Counted from the first letter of the stretch, positions 1 to 11,715 are shown. The stretch: 64,000 nucleotides of DNA from an uncultured Actinomycetes bacterium (GCA_963700855.1 CAVOYV010000008.1:93255-157254); one strand, 5' to 3'. Translations and numbers: made by a program. Notes: generated from the sequence alone by a model not told the origin.

Positions 1-607
1 CGAGCATCCGCACCACGTCTTCGTGTCGCACGTTGCCGGCGACCGCCACCACGAGGTGCCCTGGCACGTACCGGCGCCGGTAGAAGCCGCGTATCGACGA
101 CCGCGTGGCCGAGAGGATCCGCTCCTTCGTGCCGAGGATCGGACGGCCGAGCGGGTGCCCGGGCCAGAGCGTCTCGGTGAACAGGTCGTGGACGACGTCC
201 TCGGGGGCGTCCTCGTGCATGTCGATCTCCGACAAGATCACGTCGGCTTCCGCGTCGATGTCCTCCTGACGGATCGTGCTGTGCTGGAGCATGTCGGCGA
301 GGTGATCGACCGCCATCTCCAGGTCGCGGTCACGGACGCGGGCGTAGTAGCACGTGTACTCCTTCGCGGTGAAGGCGTTCACGTCGCCACCCACAGCGTC
401 GAACGCCTGGGCGATGTCGAGGGCGCTGCGGTTCGTCGTCCCCTTGAACAACAGATGCTCCAGGAAGTGACAGTGACCGCTGATCGCCGGGCGCTCGTCG
501 CGCGAGCCGGCGAGCACCCAGAAGCCGATCGAGACGGAGCGGACGCCGGGCATCCGCTCCGTCACGACGCGCAGGCCGGAGCTGAACTCCGAGCGCGTGA
601 TCGGCAT
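1..607 (-). CDS. M16 family zinc peptidase (PepR/pitrilysin-like), N-terminal part; gene runs off the left edge
   Basis: Not in the ORF track because there is no stop in the window. Manual reverse translation from ATG 607..605 gives MPITRSEFSSGLRVVTERMPGVRSVSIGFWV. The inverted zinc motif HFLEHLLFKGT lies near nt 440-470 and FYRRRYVPGHLVVAVAGNV near nt 30-90, all in one frame. It lies 8 nt downstream of the pnp stop, as in other actinobacteria. Confidence 0.8.
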   Translation of the reverse strand, partial: MPITRSEFSSGLRVVTERMPGVRSVSIGFWVLAGSRDERPAISGHCHFLEHLLFKGTTNRSALDIAQAFDAVGGDVNAFTAKEYTCYYARVRDRDLEMAVDHLADMLQHSTIRQEDIDAEADVILSEIDMHEDAPEDVVHDLFTETLWPGHPLGRPILGTKERILSATRSSIRGFYRRRYVPGHLVVAVAGNVRHEDVVRML

Positions 608-615
608 CGTCAGGC

Positions 616-2933
616 TCAGCCGTTCGAGTCGGCGTCGCCGCTCGGGCTGCCGCCACCGTCACGGTCGCGGAAGCGCTTGCCCTGACGGTCGCCGCGGTCG
701 CGGCGCGGCCGATCGCCACCGCCGCCTCCACCCCGCCGCTCGCCGCCGCCGGTCTCGACCTCCTGGCCCTCGGGGACCTCCCACTCGGACCCGACCGGCT
801 TGAGGCTGATCTTGCCCTGCGGGTCGATGTCCTCGACCAGCACGGTGACGGAGTCGCCCTCCTTGATGGCCTCCTCGACGCTGGACAGGCGCTTGCCGCG
901 CCCGAGCTTCGAGATGTGGACCAGGCCGTCGCGGCCGGGGACGAGGTTCACGAAGGCCCCGAAGGTCGTGGTCTTCACCACGCGCCCCTCGTAGGTCTCG
1001 CCGACCAGGACCGGACGCGGGTTCGCGATCTCGTCGATCATCCGCGCGGCCTCGTCGGTGCCCTCGGCGTCGTGCGAGCCGATGAACACCGTGCCGTCGT
1101 CCTCGATGTTGATGTCGGCGCCGGTCAGGGCGATGATCTCGTTGATCTTCTTCCCCTTCGGGCCGATCACCTCGCCGATCTTGTCGACGGGGATCTGGAT
1201 CGTGATGATCCGCGGCGCCTTCGCGCTCACCTCGTCGCGCGGGGCGGGGATCGCGGCGAGCATCACCTCGAGGATCTGCAGCCGTGCCTCCTTCGCCTGC
1301 TGGAGCGCGCCGGCCAGGACGTCGGCGGGCATCCCCGCGACCTTCATGTCGAGCTGGATCGCCGTCACGAAGTCCTCGGTGCCCGCGACCTTGAAGTCCA
1401 TGTCGCCGAGCGCATCCTCGGCGCCGAGGATGTCGGTCAGGGTGATGAACTTGCCCGTCGTCGGCGATCATCCCCATCGCGATCCCGGCCACCGGCGCCT
1501 TGATCGGCACACCTGCGTCCATCAGCGACAGGGTCGAGCCGCAGACGCTCGCCATCGACGTCGAGCCGTTCGACGACATCACGTCGGACACGAGCCGAAG
1601 GGCGTAGGGGAACTCCTCCTCGTTCGGGATCACCGGGATCGAGCGCCCGCTCGGCGAGCGCGCCGTGTCCGATCTCGCGTCGGCGGGGCGAACCCACGCG
1701 GCCCGTCTCACCCGTGGAGTAGGGCGGGAAGTTGTAGTGGTGCATGTACCGCTTCGAATCCTCGGGGTCGAGCGTGTCGATCATCTGGGTCATGCGGAGC
1801 ATGCCCAGCGTGGTGATGTTGAGGACCTGGGTGTCGCCGCGGTTGAACAGCGCGGACCCGTGGGCGCGGGGCACCAGGTTCACCTCGGCCGACAGCGGCC
1901 GGATGTCCTTCGGGCCGCGGCCGTCGAGCCGGACGCCCTGCGCCACCACACGGCGGCGCATGACCTTCTTCTGCAGCGACTTCCACGCGGCCGAGAACTC
2001 CTGGCCGCGCGCCGCGAACGCCTCTTCGCCGAGCGCTCCGCTCAAGGCGACCTTCGCCTCTTCCTTCACCGCGCCGAACGCCGCGTCGCGCGCTTCGCGG
2101 TCCGGCACGATCGCCGCCTCGAGCTTGCCGGCGAAGCCCTCGTAGAGGGGCTGCCAGATGTCGTCACCGTACAACGGCGTCGGCTCCCACTCCATCTCGC
2201 TCACGCCGTGAGCGGAGATGAACCCATCCTGGAAGGCGATCAGCTCGGCGATCTCGGCCTTCGCGACCTCGAGACCCTGCGCGACGACCTCCTCGGTGGG
2301 CGCGACGGCGTCGCCACCCTCGGCCAGCATCGGCCAGGTGTTCTCGGGTGCCTCGCCCTCGATCATCAGGACGTCGACGCCGCCGTCGGCGGCCTTCGAA
2401 CCGGCCACGACGATGTCGAACGTGGCGTCCTCGATCTCCTGGAAGGTCGGGTTCACGACCCACTCGCCGTGGATGAGCCCGAGGCGCACCGCGGCGACGG
2501 GGCCGTCGAACGGCAGCCCGGCGAGACCGACCGCGCACGCGGCGGCGTTCATCGCGGGGATGTCGTAGGGGTTGGCCATGTCCACCGACAGCACGGTGAC
2601 CACGACCTGGACCTCGTCGCGGAAGCCCTCCTTGAACGTGGGCCGCAGCGGTCGATCGATCAGACGGGCGGTGAGGATCGCCGTCTCGCCCGGCCGGCCT
2701 TCACGCCGGAAGAACGAGCCGGGGATCTTGCCCGCGGCGTAGGCCCGCTCTTCGACGTCGATCGTGAGCGGGAAGAAGTCGATCCCCTCGCGGGGCTTGG
2801 AACGGACACAGGTCGCGATGACCTGGGTCTGTCCGTAGGTGACGACGACGGCTCCATCGGCGAGCTTCGCGAGCTTGCCGGCCTGGAACGTCATGTCATG
2901 CGCGCCGAGCTGGCGCGTCATCTCGGTGACCAT
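616..2933 (-). CDS. pnp: polynucleotide phosphorylase (PNPase/GpsI), reading frame broken twice in this assembly
   Basis: Three minus-strand ORF pieces carry consecutive PNPase segments. 1437..3017 holds the RNase PH domains up to [10 protein letters not shown]. 659..1711 holds [62 protein letters not shown]. 616..1401 holds DMDFKVAGT, the KH and S1 domains and an RG-rich tail. AGGAGG lies 9 nt upstream of ATG 2933. Confidence 0.9.
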
Positions 2934-3124
2934 CCGGTCGGTCCTCCTTGGATCGGTGTGGGGCCACGTCGGCGCCCACGTGCAGGTGGAGGGGGGCGGC
3001 CGGTTCTCAGTGGTCAACGTCCCAGCGCGGGTGGGGCGCTCGCCACTGACAACCGACCGTTCGGGGCTGTCCCTCCGGTCAGCCGCGGGTCATCTCAGGG
3101 GCATCAGCTCCTCGGACACGGAGC

Positions 3125-3144
3125 GGGCGCCCCGCGGGGCGCCC
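3125..3144 (-). promoter_or_regulatory. GC-rich hairpin in the rpsO-pnp intergenic leader (possible processing/autoregulation or rpsO terminator stem)
   Basis: Perfect palindrome GGGCGCCCC-GC-GGGGCGCCC between the rpsO stop (3155) and the pnp start (2933). No U-tract follows on the minus strand. Confidence 0.3.
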
Positions 3145-3154
3145 TTCACGCGGA

Positions 3155-3424
3155 TCAGCGGCGGAGGCCCAGCTTCGCGACGATCGCGCGGTAGCGCTCG
3201 ATGTCCTCGCGCTTGAGGTACTCGAGCAGCCGGCGCCGGCGACCCACGAGCATCAGCAGGCCGCGGCGGCTGTGGTGGTCGTGCTTGTGAGTCTTGAGGT
3301 GCTCGGTCAGATCCGTGATCCGGCGCGTCAACACCGCGATCTGCACCTCGGCCGAGCCGGTGTCGCCCTCGGAGCGGGCGTGCTCGGTGATGATCTGGGT
3401 CTTGTCGTCTTTGGTCAGCGTCAT
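3155..3424 (-). CDS. rpsO: 30S ribosomal protein S15
   Basis: 89-aa [74 protein letters not shown], a typical bS15. It lies upstream of pnp. Confidence 0.97.
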   Translation of the reverse strand: MTLTKDDKTQIITEHARSEGDTGSAEVQIAVLTRRITDLTEHLKTHKHDHHSRRGLLMLVGRRRRLLEYLKREDIERYRAIVAKLGLRR

Positions 3425-3426
3425 GG

Positions 3427-4761
3427 TCAGTCGTCAAGGCTACCAGCGAGGTTCCCCTGCCGACCGCCGAGCGCCTCGTCGACCACCTCCACGAGCCACG
3501 ACCGCCGCTCGGCCAGGTCTTCGGCGGCGCGCCCGGGCACCGCCAGCCGCGAAGGCCGCAGCCGCGCCAGCCGGGCGCGCCGCAGCCGGTCCCCCACCAC
3601 GGCCGCGACCAACCCGCAGACCGGGCCGATCGCGACGGTGAGCAGCCACGGGTTCGTAGCGTCGTCGAGCACCAGGTATCTCCAGGCCAGCCACGTCGCC
3701 GGGAACACCACGGACCCGACCAGGAACTTCAGGGTCGCGAGCGTCACCGGTGCTGCCGGGCGACGCCCTGCGAGGTGGACGAGGAGGGCGGGGACGGCGT
3801 TCACCACGATGCCGACCAGCGCGAAGGGCAGCGCGACCACTGTGAGGAGCCCGCCCGCGACGCGCGCCGGTGCGGTCGCGTCCCGAGGACCCGCTGCGAC
3901 CTGCCGATCCGTCGCGTCGTTCACCTCGAGGGCCGCACGATAGCTGCCGACCGCGTCGCGGACCCGCCGCTGGGCGTCCCGTGGGGCATCCGCCAGCGCG
4001 CCCGCCACGCGGTCGATCGCCGACAGCGGCGGCGCCCAGGACGGGCTCCCGCCTGGCTTCCGGAGGTACACGGCCGCCGCGTATCCGAGCTCGTGGGCCT
4101 GGGCGGCATCCTCGAAGTCGAGCGCGGCCCGGCCGAGCCCTTCCTCGATCGCGCGCGTGAGCCGTTCGACCGTCGCGTGGTCGCCGGGGTCGGCCGGGTC
4201 CGAGCCGAGCCACCCGTCCAGATCGAGCGGCGTGCCGACCCGCACGTACGCGCGCGTCCGGGCGGTCTGCTTGCGTTCGTAGATCAGTCCGACGGGCACG
4301 ATGCGGAGCCGGCGAACCCCGCCCGCGCGAGCGCCCAGCGCGATCCGCGCCGCGCCAGTCTTCACCGGCAGCAGGTGCGACTCGTCGCTCGCCTGACCCT
4401 CGGGGAAGATGCCGACGAGCCCACCGTCGGCGAGGACCCGGTGCGCCGCCACGAAGGCGTCGACGTTGCGGCCCGTCACGCCGTCCTGCGCGCGTTGCAC
4501 CGGGATCGCGCCCGCGAACGCCAGCAACGGGCGGATCGGCCAGATCCGCCACAGCCGCGCCATCGCCAGGAACCGCGGCACCCTCGGCAGGACCGCCGTG
4601 AGCAGAGCAGGGTCGACGAACCCCCCCGCGTGGTTCGCGACCACGAGGGTGGGGTGATCGCGCTCGACCAGATGGACCCCCACGGCCTCGACCGCCCGGA
4701 ACCAGCCCAGGGTGGCGAGCCGGGCGATCACGTGCAGGGCGCGGTCGGCGGTTCGGCGCAT
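3427..4761 (-). CDS. PlsC-type (lysophospholipid) acyltransferase with C-terminal membrane domain
   Basis: ORF 3427..4875. Acyltransferase blocks [12 protein letters not shown] and GIFPEGQAS, and hydrophobic C-terminal helices. Start placed at internal Met ([11 protein letters not shown]) because the 5' extension is Arg-rich and overlaps the divergent gene. Start is uncertain. Confidence 0.7.
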   Translation of the reverse strand: MRRTADRALHVIARLATLGWFRAVEAVGVHLVERDHPTLVVANHAGGFVDPALLTAVLPRVPRFLAMARLWRIWPIRPLLAFAGAIPVQRAQDGVTGRNVDAFVAAHRVLADGGLVGIFPEGQASDESHLLPVKTGAARIALGARAGGVRRLRIVPVGLIYERKQTARTRAYVRVGTPLDLDGWLGSDPADPGDHATVERLTRAIEEGLGRAALDFEDAAQAHELGYAAAVYLRKPGGSPSWAPPLSAIDRVAGALADAPRDAQRRVRDAVGSYRAALEVNDATDRQVAAGPRDATAPARVAGGLLTVVALPFALVGIVVNAVPALLVHLAGRRPAAPVTLATLKFLVGSVVFPATWLAWRYLVLDDATNPWLLTVAIGPVCGLVAAVVGDRLRRARLARLRPSRLAVPGRAAEDLAERRSWLVEVVDEALGGRQGNLAGSLDD

Positions 4762-4813
4762 GCGGGCCCGATGCTGCCACACGCCGCGGCTACCATGCCC
4801 GCGTGAGGCGCAC

Positions 4814-5452
4814 GTGAACGAACGCCGCAGCCGGCTGCGTGCGGCCAGCGGCCTGGTCGGCCCGGCCGCGTTCACCGTCGCGTGGCTCGTCGCGACCCGC
4901 CGCCAGCCGGCCTACTCCCTCGCGAACGAGCACATCAGCGGTCTGGCCGCTGCCGATGCCGAGGTCCCGCACGTCATGACGGCAGGGTTCGTGGCCTTCG
5001 GGACGTGCGCCGTGGTCTTCGCGTCCGAGCTGGAGCGCCGGTTGGACGCCCCCGGTCGGGGTCCCGGGATCGGTCCGACCATCATGGCCGCTTCGGGGCT
5101 CTCCATGCTCGCCGCCGGCGCGTTCCGGCGCGACCGGATCTCGAACTACCCGATGCCGGGGGCACCCGACGACCCTCAGTCGTGGCGCAACGACGTTCAC
5201 GACCTGGCCGCGGTGGCTGCGGGGACGCTCGGGCTCGCAGCCCTGTTCGCCCTGGCGGCTCGGTTCCGGGGGGACCCCGACTGGGACGGGATGTCCCGAC
5301 CCGCACTCCGCGCAGCGGCCGGCAGCAGCGGGCTCTCGGCCTGGTTCGTCCGCGACGTGACCCGGCCGGGCAACGGGATCGTGCAGCGGGCGAGTATCAC
5401 GCTGCCGCTGGCGTTCATGGCTCGCGTGGCGCTCCGGATGCTCCGCGCGTAG
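4814..5452 (+). CDS. DUF998-like integral membrane protein
   Basis: ORF 4712..5452. Hydrophobic repeats and NEHISGLAAADAEVPHVMTAGFVAFG resemble DUF998. GTG 4814 chosen as start to avoid overlap with the divergent acyltransferase. Confidence 0.5.
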   Translation: MNERRSRLRAASGLVGPAAFTVAWLVATRRQPAYSLANEHISGLAAADAEVPHVMTAGFVAFGTCAVVFASELERRLDAPGRGPGIGPTIMAASGLSMLAAGAFRRDRISNYPMPGAPDDPQSWRNDVHDLAAVAAGTLGLAALFALAARFRGDPDWDGMSRPALRAAAGSSGLSAWFVRDVTRPGNGIVQRASITLPLAFMARVALRMLRA

Positions 5453-5454
5453 CG

Positions 5455-6396
5455 CTACGAGATCTCGGCGCTCGGGATCAGGGCCTCGGTCCGCCCGACG
5501 TCGTCCGCGATCGCGGTCACCAGTTCCTCGATCGAGTCATAGCGCTCCTCGTCGCGCAGACGCCCCCAGAACTCGATCGAGAGCGGCTCGCCGGGGAGCT
5601 CCTCACCCTCGTAGTCGAGGAGGAACGCCTCCACGTGCAGAGGCTCGACGCCGAAGGTCGGGTTCGTCCCCACGTCGAGCGCCGTGCGGTATCGGCGGCC
5701 CCGATGTTCGGCGACACCCGCGTAGATCCCCTGGCCCGGCAGGAGCAGCCGCGGCCAGGTCTGGAGGTTCGCGGTTGGGTACCCGAGTCCTTTGCCACGA
5801 CCATGCCCCGTCACGACCTCGCCGTCCAGGACGAAGCGCCGGCCGAGCGCGAGCGTCGGCCAGTCGAGATCGCCCACCGCGAGGGCCCCCCGGATCGAGG
5901 TGGACGACACGGGCCGCCCGTCCAGCTCGAACAACCCGACGGTCTCCGACGTGAGACCGAACGGCTCGCCGAACTCCGGCAGGTTCTCCATCGTGCCGAA
6001 CGCCTTGAACCCGAACGTGAAGTTCGCGCCCATCGCCACGTGGCGCGCGTGCACGCCGTGCACGAGCACGTCACGCACGAAGTCCTCTGCCGGGATCAAC
6101 GAGAAGTCGCGGTCGAACTCGAGGACCACGAGCGCATCGATCCCGCAGCCCTCGATCAGGTCCGCCTTGCGTTCCACCGTGGTGAGCAGCCGCGGCTCGC
6201 TCCCCGGCGACAGGACCTCGCGCGGGTGCCGGTCGAACGTGATGGCCACCGCCCGAAGGCCGTCGGCCCTGGCCCGTTGCACCACACGGTCGAACACGGC
6301 CCGGTGCCCCCCGTGGACCCCATCGAAGAACCCGACGGTGGCGACGCTCGGGTCGTGGTCCAGCGGCAGTGAGGCCATGCCTCGCACGATCTCCAC
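5455..6396 (-). CDS. ribF: bifunctional riboflavin kinase / FMN adenylyltransferase
   Basis: 313-aa ORF with VGFFDGVHGGHRAV, TFDRHPREVL, GYPTANL and PTFG motifs. Confidence 0.95.
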   Translation of the reverse strand: MEIVRGMASLPLDHDPSVATVGFFDGVHGGHRAVFDRVVQRARADGLRAVAITFDRHPREVLSPGSEPRLLTTVERKADLIEGCGIDALVVLEFDRDFSLIPAEDFVRDVLVHGVHARHVAMGANFTFGFKAFGTMENLPEFGEPFGLTSETVGLFELDGRPVSSTSIRGALAVGDLDWPTLALGRRFVLDGEVVTGHGRGKGLGYPTANLQTWPRLLLPGQGIYAGVAEHRGRRYRTALDVGTNPTFGVEPLHVEAFLLDYEGEELPGEPLSIEFWGRLRDEERYDSIEELVTAIADDVGRTEALIPSAEIS

Positions 6397-6439
6397 GCGC
6401 GGGAGGCTACCGGACCCCGCACCGAGCGACGGGCCCTCT

Positions 6440-7024
6440 CTAGACGATGTCGGCGATCAGGGTGGTGAGCCCGGCCACCGCGACGCCGAGGCCGGCGCCG
6501 CCCACGATGTCGAGAGGCAGGTGCACACCCACGTAGATCCGCCCGATCCAGGTGAGGACCGCCAGCGCGACCAACACGGGTGCCCACCACCCTCCCAGGG
6601 CGACCCCCAGGACCACGGCGAGTGCAGTGGAGGTGGCCGCGTGCCCAGACGGGAAGCCCGAGCCGCCCTCCTTCGGGCCCCGGAGTGCCACCTGAGCCTC
6701 GAGCGCATGCTGGGGCCGCCCACGCTCCGCGACCTCCTTCACGGCCTTCGCGAGCAGCCACGACGCGGTCCCGGCCGCGAACAGGGTGACCGCCTCCGCG
6801 CGGCGCCCGGTGAGCCACGCGACCACCGCGAGCACGGGCGTCGTGATATAGGTCCCGAACTGCATCGGGACGAAGATCGGTACGAGCCACGCATCGGACA
6901 GTCCGTTCACCGCGCGGAACACGGCCTCCTCGCGTGGGCTCACCCCACGGACCGCGAGGGCGCCTGATCCGATCACGAGCGCGGCGCCGACCAGGACCAG
7001 CACGATCGAGGTGGCCGCTGACAT
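6440..7024 (-). CDS. PAP2 superfamily membrane phosphatase
   Basis: 194-aa polytopic ORF with PAP2 motifs KxxxxxxRP (KEVAERGRP), PSGHAATS and GVHLPLD. Confidence 0.8.
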   Translation of the reverse strand: MSAATSIVLVLVGAALVIGSGALAVRGVSPREEAVFRAVNGLSDAWLVPIFVPMQFGTYITTPVLAVVAWLTGRRAEAVTLFAAGTASWLLAKAVKEVAERGRPQHALEAQVALRGPKEGGSGFPSGHAATSTALAVVLGVALGGWWAPVLVALAVLTWIGRIYVGVHLPLDIVGGAGLGVAVAGLTTLIADIV

Positions 7025-7054
7025 GCGCCGGAGCCTATCGGGGGTCCGAGGGGC

Positions 7055-7915
7055 TCACGCCGGGGCCAGGACCATCTCAGGCCGAGCCTTCGCGCCGTCA
7101 TCACGCCAGATCCCGATCAGCCGACCGCCGGGGTCGAACACCGCGTGCGGTCCGGGGACGCCGGCGGGCGCGAGCACCGACCCGTGCGACGCCGCGCGGG
7201 CCTCGTCGGCCTGGAGATCGACCCTCGGCAGATGAACCACGGCGCGCTCCACCGGCAACGGCGAGCCCGGATCGTCGGGGTCCACGGCGTCGTCGACCGA
7301 GAAGGGTCCGATCGCCGTGCGCCGGAGGCGTGTGAGGTGCGCCCCCACCCCGAGCACCTCACCCACGTCGGCCGCGAGGACCCGGACGTAGGTGCCACCG
7401 CTGACCGTGGCGAGGAAGTCGACCTCCGGCGGGCGGAACGCCACCGGCTCGAAGGCATCCACCTGGATCACCCGCGCGGCGGACTCGAGGTGTTCTCCCC
7501 TGCGCGCCGCGTCGTAGAGCTTGCGACCTCCGACCTTGACAGCGCTGTACGCGGGGGGGCGCTGGGCCGACGCGCCCAGCTTCGCACCCATCGCCGCAGC
7601 CACCTGGCGTTCGGTCACGCGCGACGGGTCGGCCTCGTCGGTCACGTCGCCGTCGGCGTCGAGCGTGGTCGTGCGCACCCCGAGCAGGTACGTCCCCTCG
7701 TAGGTCTTCGGCAGATCGCCGAGGAACCGCAGCAGCCGCGTCGCACGGCCGACCCCGACCACCAGGAGCCCGGTCGCCATCGGGTCGAGCGTGCCCGCGT
7801 GTCCGACCTTCTTCGTCCCGAGCGCCCGTCGGACCTTCGCCACGGCGTCGTGCGACGTGATGCCGGTCGGCTTGTCGACCAGGAGCAGACCCTCGGGCCG
7901 CGCCGGTTCGCTCAC
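7055..7915 (-). CDS. truB: tRNA pseudouridine(55) synthase
   Basis: [16 protein letters not shown] and [19 protein letters not shown] motifs. Conserved position. Confidence 0.95.
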   Translation of the reverse strand: MSEPARPEGLLLVDKPTGITSHDAVAKVRRALGTKKVGHAGTLDPMATGLLVVGVGRATRLLRFLGDLPKTYEGTYLLGVRTTTLDADGDVTDEADPSRVTERQVAAAMGAKLGASAQRPPAYSAVKVGGRKLYDAARRGEHLESAARVIQVDAFEPVAFRPPEVDFLATVSGGTYVRVLAADVGEVLGVGAHLTRLRRTAIGPFSVDDAVDPDDPGSPLPVERAVVHLPRVDLQADEARAASHGSVLAPAGVPGPHAVFDPGGRLIGIWRDDGAKARPEMVLAPA

Positions 7916-8895
7916 GAAGGGCCGGCCTGTGCCCGCAAGACCTCGACCAGGCGGGCGATCGTGGCCTCGGGGCCACGATCGCTCGTGTAGCCCGCGGCCA
8001 ACCGGTGGCCGCCGCCGCCGAAGGCGGCGGCGGCCGCGCTCAGGTCGTGGCCGCCGCGGGACCGAACGCTGACCTTGAACCGGCCGTCGCGCTGTTGCTT
8101 CACGAGGGCCGCGACGTCGGCCTCGCGAGCCGAGCGGATCACGTCGATCAGGTCGTCGGTGTCGGCGGGATGCACCCCGAACTCGTCGAGGTCAGCCCGG
8201 GTCAGGTAGGTCCACACGAGGTCCACGCCCTCGACCAGCGTGAGCCGCTCGAGGGCCCGCCCCAGGACCCGGAGGTACGCGAACCGGTTGTCCTCGTACA
8301 GCGCCTGCGACAGCCCCGCGTGATCGAAGCCATGCTCGCGAAGACGCGCAGCGACCCGGAGGGTCTCGGGTGTCGTCGCCTCGTACTGGAAGCGCCCCGT
8401 ATCGGTCACGACCCCTGCGTAGAGGCACACCGCGGAGGCGTCGGTCATGCCGCCCCCGATCTCATCGATCAGCCGCACGACCACCTCACAGGTGCTCGAC
8501 GCCGCAGGGTCGACGAGCCGGATCGTCCCCGTGCCGTCGTTCGAGCGGTGATGGTCGATCCAGATCAGCTCGCCGGCGTTCGACGCCGCGTGCCCGAGCG
8601 TGCCGAGCCGGTCGAACGAGGCACAGTCGCACGTGACCATGACGGCGGGCTCCGACGGGAACGCGCTCGGTGGCACCACCGACCCTGAGCCGGGCAGGTA
8701 GGACGTCCAGCGCGGCAGGTCGAGCGGCTCGTTCGGGTACGAGCACACCGTCTCGACCCCCAGCGACCCGAGGTGGTTCGCGAGCCCGAGCATCGAGCCG
8801 AGCGCGTCCGTGTCGGGGTTCACGTGGCACGCGATCGCGACCTGGGTCGCGCCGCGCAGGACCTCGCCGGCGCGGGCAAGGTCTTCAGGCGTCAC
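7912..8895 (-). CDS. nrnA: DHH/DHHA1 phosphoesterase (NrnA-like oligoribonuclease / pAp phosphatase)
   Basis: ORF 7912..8964. Motifs [21 protein letters not shown] and [12 protein letters not shown] 8895 taken as start ([13 protein letters not shown]), overlapping the rbfA stop by 11 nt. Confidence 0.85.
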   Translation of the reverse strand: MTPEDLARAGEVLRGATQVAIACHVNPDTDALGSMLGLANHLGSLGVETVCSYPNEPLDLPRWTSYLPGSGSVVPPSAFPSEPAVMVTCDCASFDRLGTLGHAASNAGELIWIDHHRSNDGTGTIRLVDPAASSTCEVVVRLIDEIGGGMTDASAVCLYAGVVTDTGRFQYEATTPETLRVAARLREHGFDHAGLSQALYEDNRFAYLRVLGRALERLTLVEGVDLVWTYLTRADLDEFGVHPADTDDLIDVIRSAREADVAALVKQQRDGRFKVSVRSRGGHDLSAAAAAFGGGGHRLAAGYTSDRGPEATIARLVEVLRAQAGPS

Positions 8896-9247
8896 GGTGG
8901 TCCTCCTCCTCGTGCAGGTGCTCGATGATCGAGTCGATCCGCTCGCCGACGGCGATCGTGGCATCCTCCTCGAAGCGGAGCTCGGGTGTGGCCTTCAGCC
9001 GGACCTGACGCCCCAACTCGTGCCGGAGGTGCGACGCCGCCGACCGCAGCGCGGCCCGGGACGACGCCTTCTCCCTGGCGTCGCCCAGGACGGTGTAGTA
9101 CACCCATGCGACCCGCAGGTCGGGCGAGACCTTGACCCCTGTCACGGTGACGAACCCCACGCGGGGGTCCTTCAGCTTCTGGATCTCCTCGGCGATGATC
9201 TCGCGGAACTCCTCACCGACGCGGTCCGTCCGTGCTCCTCTGGGCAT
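8885..9247 (-). CDS. rbfA: ribosome-binding factor A
   Basis: 120-aa ORF with RVGEEFREIIAEEI, DPRVGFVTVTGVKVSPDLRVAWVYY and LKATPELRFEED. Confidence 0.95.
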   Translation of the reverse strand: MPRGARTDRVGEEFREIIAEEIQKLKDPRVGFVTVTGVKVSPDLRVAWVYYTVLGDAREKASSRAALRSAASHLRHELGRQVRLKATPELRFEEDATIAVGERIDSIIEHLHEEEDHRDA

Positions 9248-9275
9248 GCGGCTCTCCCTCCGGGAAGCAGGGTAC

Positions 9276-9569
9276 TCAGTCGTCCGGATACAGGATCTGC
9301 AGCTCGGCGTCGATCACCTCGACCTCGCCCCATCGCTCCACGAGCTTCTCGACCTCGTGCATCACGCGGCGCAGGTGGTGCTGGTCCGCCCCGACCGCGG
9401 CCACGGCGATCGCCGCGCGCTGCCACAGGTCGTGGTGGTCGACCTCGGCCACGCTCACCGGGAACCGCTGCCGTATCCCGGCGGTGAGGGACTTCACGAC
9501 GTGCCGCTTCTCCTTGAGCGAGCGGCATCCGGGGATCCGTAGATCGAACCGTTCGAGGGCGACCAGCAT
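9276..9569 (-). CDS. DUF503 (YlxP-like) protein
   Basis: 97-aa ORF with LRIPGCRSLKEKRHVVKSL, typical of DUF503. It sits between infB and rbfA as in many Gram-positives. Confidence 0.85.
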   Translation of the reverse strand: MLVALERFDLRIPGCRSLKEKRHVVKSLTAGIRQRFPVSVAEVDHHDLWQRAAIAVAAVGADQHHLRRVMHEVEKLVERWGEVEVIDAELQILYPDD

Positions 9570-9576
9570 CGGCGGA

Positions 9577-11715
9577 TCAGATCGTGCGGGCGATCTCCTC
9601 GACCTCGTAGGCCTCGATCAGGTCGCCCTCCTTGAGGTCCTGGAAGTTCGCCAGCCCGATCCCACACTCGTAGCCGTCGCGGACCTCGGCGACGTCGTCC
9701 TTGAACCGACGGAGCGATCCGATCTTGCCGTCGTAGACCACGACCCCGTCGCGGACCAGGCGAGCGGTCGCGTTGCGCCGGATCGTGCCCGAGCGGATGT
9801 ACGACCCCGCGATCACGCCGAGCTTCGGCACCCGGAACATCTGGCGGACCTCGGCCTCCCCCAGGATCTTCTCGCGCTCCTCGGGCTTGAGCATGCCCGA
9901 CAGCGCCGCCTTGATGTCGTCGATCGCGTCGTAGATCACGCGGTACACGCGGATGTCGACGCCTTCCTTCTCTGCGAGCTCGCGCGCGCTCGCGTTCGGC
10001 CGGACGTTGAACCCGACGATGATCGCGTCGGAGGCCATCGCCAGCTGGACGTCGTTCTCGGTGATCCCACCGGCCCCGCCACGGACGATGTTCACCTTCA
10101 CCTCGTCCTGCGGGAGCTTGAGCAGGGAGTCCTCGAGGGCCTGGAGCGACCCCTGGACGTCAGCCTTCACGATCAGGTTGAGCTCGGCGACGTCGGCTCG
10201 AGCGACCTGGCGCATCAGGTCCTGCAGCGTCGCGCGACGGCTCGTCACCAGCTCGGCGGCGCGCGTCTTGGCCTCGCGCTCTTCGGCGATATGACGGGCT
10301 TCGCGCTCGTCGCCCACCTCGCGGAAGTCGTCGCTCGCGCTCGGCACGTGGCTCCAGCCGAGGATCTGCACGGGCTTCGACGGGCCTGCGTGCTCCACCG
10401 GCTGACCGTTCTCGTCCTGCATCGCACGGATCCGGCAGTACGCGGTCCCGGCGACGAGCGCGTCGCCCACCGACAGGGTCCCCTTCTGGACCAGCACCGT
10501 GGCGACCGGGCCGCGGCCCTTGTCGAGGTGCGCCTCGAGCACCGTGCCCCGAGAACGTCCGCTGGGGTCTCCCTTGAGGTCTTGCAGATCGGCCACGACG
10601 AGGATCGTGTCGAGCAACGAATCCAGGTTGAGCTGCGCCTTCGCCGACACGTCGACGAACTCGAAGTCGCCGCCCCACTCGGCGGGCACGACTCCGTGCT
10701 CGACCATCTGGGTGCGGACCCGGTTCGGGTCGGCGTCCTCCTTGTCCACCTTGTTCACCGCGACCACGATCGGCACGTTCGCTGCCTTCGCATGGTCGAG
10801 CGCCTCGACGGTCTGGGGCATGACGCCGTCGTCGGCAGCGACCACGAGGACCGCGATGTCGGTCACGCTCGCCCCACGGGCGCGCATCGCCGTGAACGCC
10901 TCGTGACCCGGGGTATCGATGAAGGTGATGTCGCGATCGCCCGCGTGCGCCTGGTACGCGCCGATGTGCTGGGTGATCCCGCCGAACTCCCCCGCGACCA
11001 CGTTCGTGGAGCGGATGGCATCCAGCAGCTTCGTCTTCCCGTGGTCCACGTGCCCCATGATCGTGACCACCGGGGCACGCGGCTTCAGGTTCGCCTCGTC
11101 GATCTCCTCGGCAGCCTCCTCGGCCTTGAGTTCGTCCTCGAGCCCCACGATGTCGACTCCGTACCCGAGTTGGTCGGCGACCAGCTCGATCGCGCCGTCG
11201 GACAGCGACGTGGTGGCGGTCACCATCTCACCCGCCAGGAACAGCACCTTCACGACGTCTGCCGGTGACCGGTCGAGCTTCTCGGCGAGGACCTGCGGGG
11301 TCGCGCCGTGGACGACCTGGAGCACTGGACGCGAGGGTGCCGCGGGAGCCGGCTTCGAGGGGGCGGGCTTGGGCGAGACTTCGACGGGAGCGGCGTCGGG
11401 TGGTGGAGGCTCCGCGGCCGGGGCGGGAGCGGGCTCGGAGGGGGTCGCCTCCGCAGGCGCCTCGGCCTTCGGCTTCGCGGCTGGCTTCGGCTTCGGCTTG
11501 GGCTTTGGCTTGCGGGGCTGGGTCGGCGGCTCGAGCACCTCCCGCGGCTTCGCCGGCGCGGTCGTCGCCTTGCCGCCCGACGCGCGCAGGCGCGGGACCA
11601 TGTCCTCGGGCACGCTGGACGAGGCGGACTTGCCCTCCGCCCCCATCTGGGCGAGCGCCTCCAGCAGCTCCCTGCTGGTGACGCCCAGCTCCTTGGCCAG
11701 CTCGTGAACCCTCAC
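9577..11715 (-). CDS. infB: translation initiation factor IF-2
   Basis: 712-aa ORF with a Pro/Ala-rich N-terminal region and GTPase motifs [13 protein letters not shown] and NKVD. Conserved C-terminal domains. Confidence 0.98.
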   Translation of the reverse strand: MRVHELAKELGVTSRELLEALAQMGAEGKSASSSVPEDMVPRLRASGGKATTAPAKPREVLEPPTQPRKPKPKPKPKPAAKPKAEAPAEATPSEPAPAPAAEPPPPDAAPVEVSPKPAPSKPAPAAPSRPVLQVVHGATPQVLAEKLDRSPADVVKVLFLAGEMVTATTSLSDGAIELVADQLGYGVDIVGLEDELKAEEAAEEIDEANLKPRAPVVTIMGHVDHGKTKLLDAIRSTNVVAGEFGGITQHIGAYQAHAGDRDITFIDTPGHEAFTAMRARGASVTDIAVLVVAADDGVMPQTVEALDHAKAANVPIVVAVNKVDKEDADPNRVRTQMVEHGVVPAEWGGDFEFVDVSAKAQLNLDSLLDTILVVADLQDLKGDPSGRSRGTVLEAHLDKGRGPVATVLVQKGTLSVGDALVAGTAYCRIRAMQDENGQPVEHAGPSKPVQILGWSHVPSASDDFREVGDEREARHIAEEREAKTRAAELVTSRRATLQDLMRQVARADVAELNLIVKADVQGSLQALEDSLLKLPQDEVKVNIVRGGAGGITENDVQLAMASDAIIVGFNVRPNASARELAEKEGVDIRVYRVIYDAIDDIKAALSGMLKPEEREKILGEAEVRQMFRVPKLGVIAGSYIRSGTIRRNATARLVRDGVVVYDGKIGSLRRFKDDVAEVRDGYECGIGLANFQDLKEGDLIEAYEVEEIARTI

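Noticed and set aside
9232-11268. Very long ORFs antisense to real genes. Examples are 9232..11268 (+) opposite infB, 13167..15410 (+), 46087..48129 (+) opposite ffh, 48113..50137 (-) opposite the GAF kinase, 60345..62396 (+) opposite recG and 35215..36822 (+).
   Set aside because: Their translations are Arg/Pro/Gly/His-rich with no motifs. The opposite strand encodes unmistakable conserved proteins. Stop-poor shadow frames are expected at ~70 % GC.
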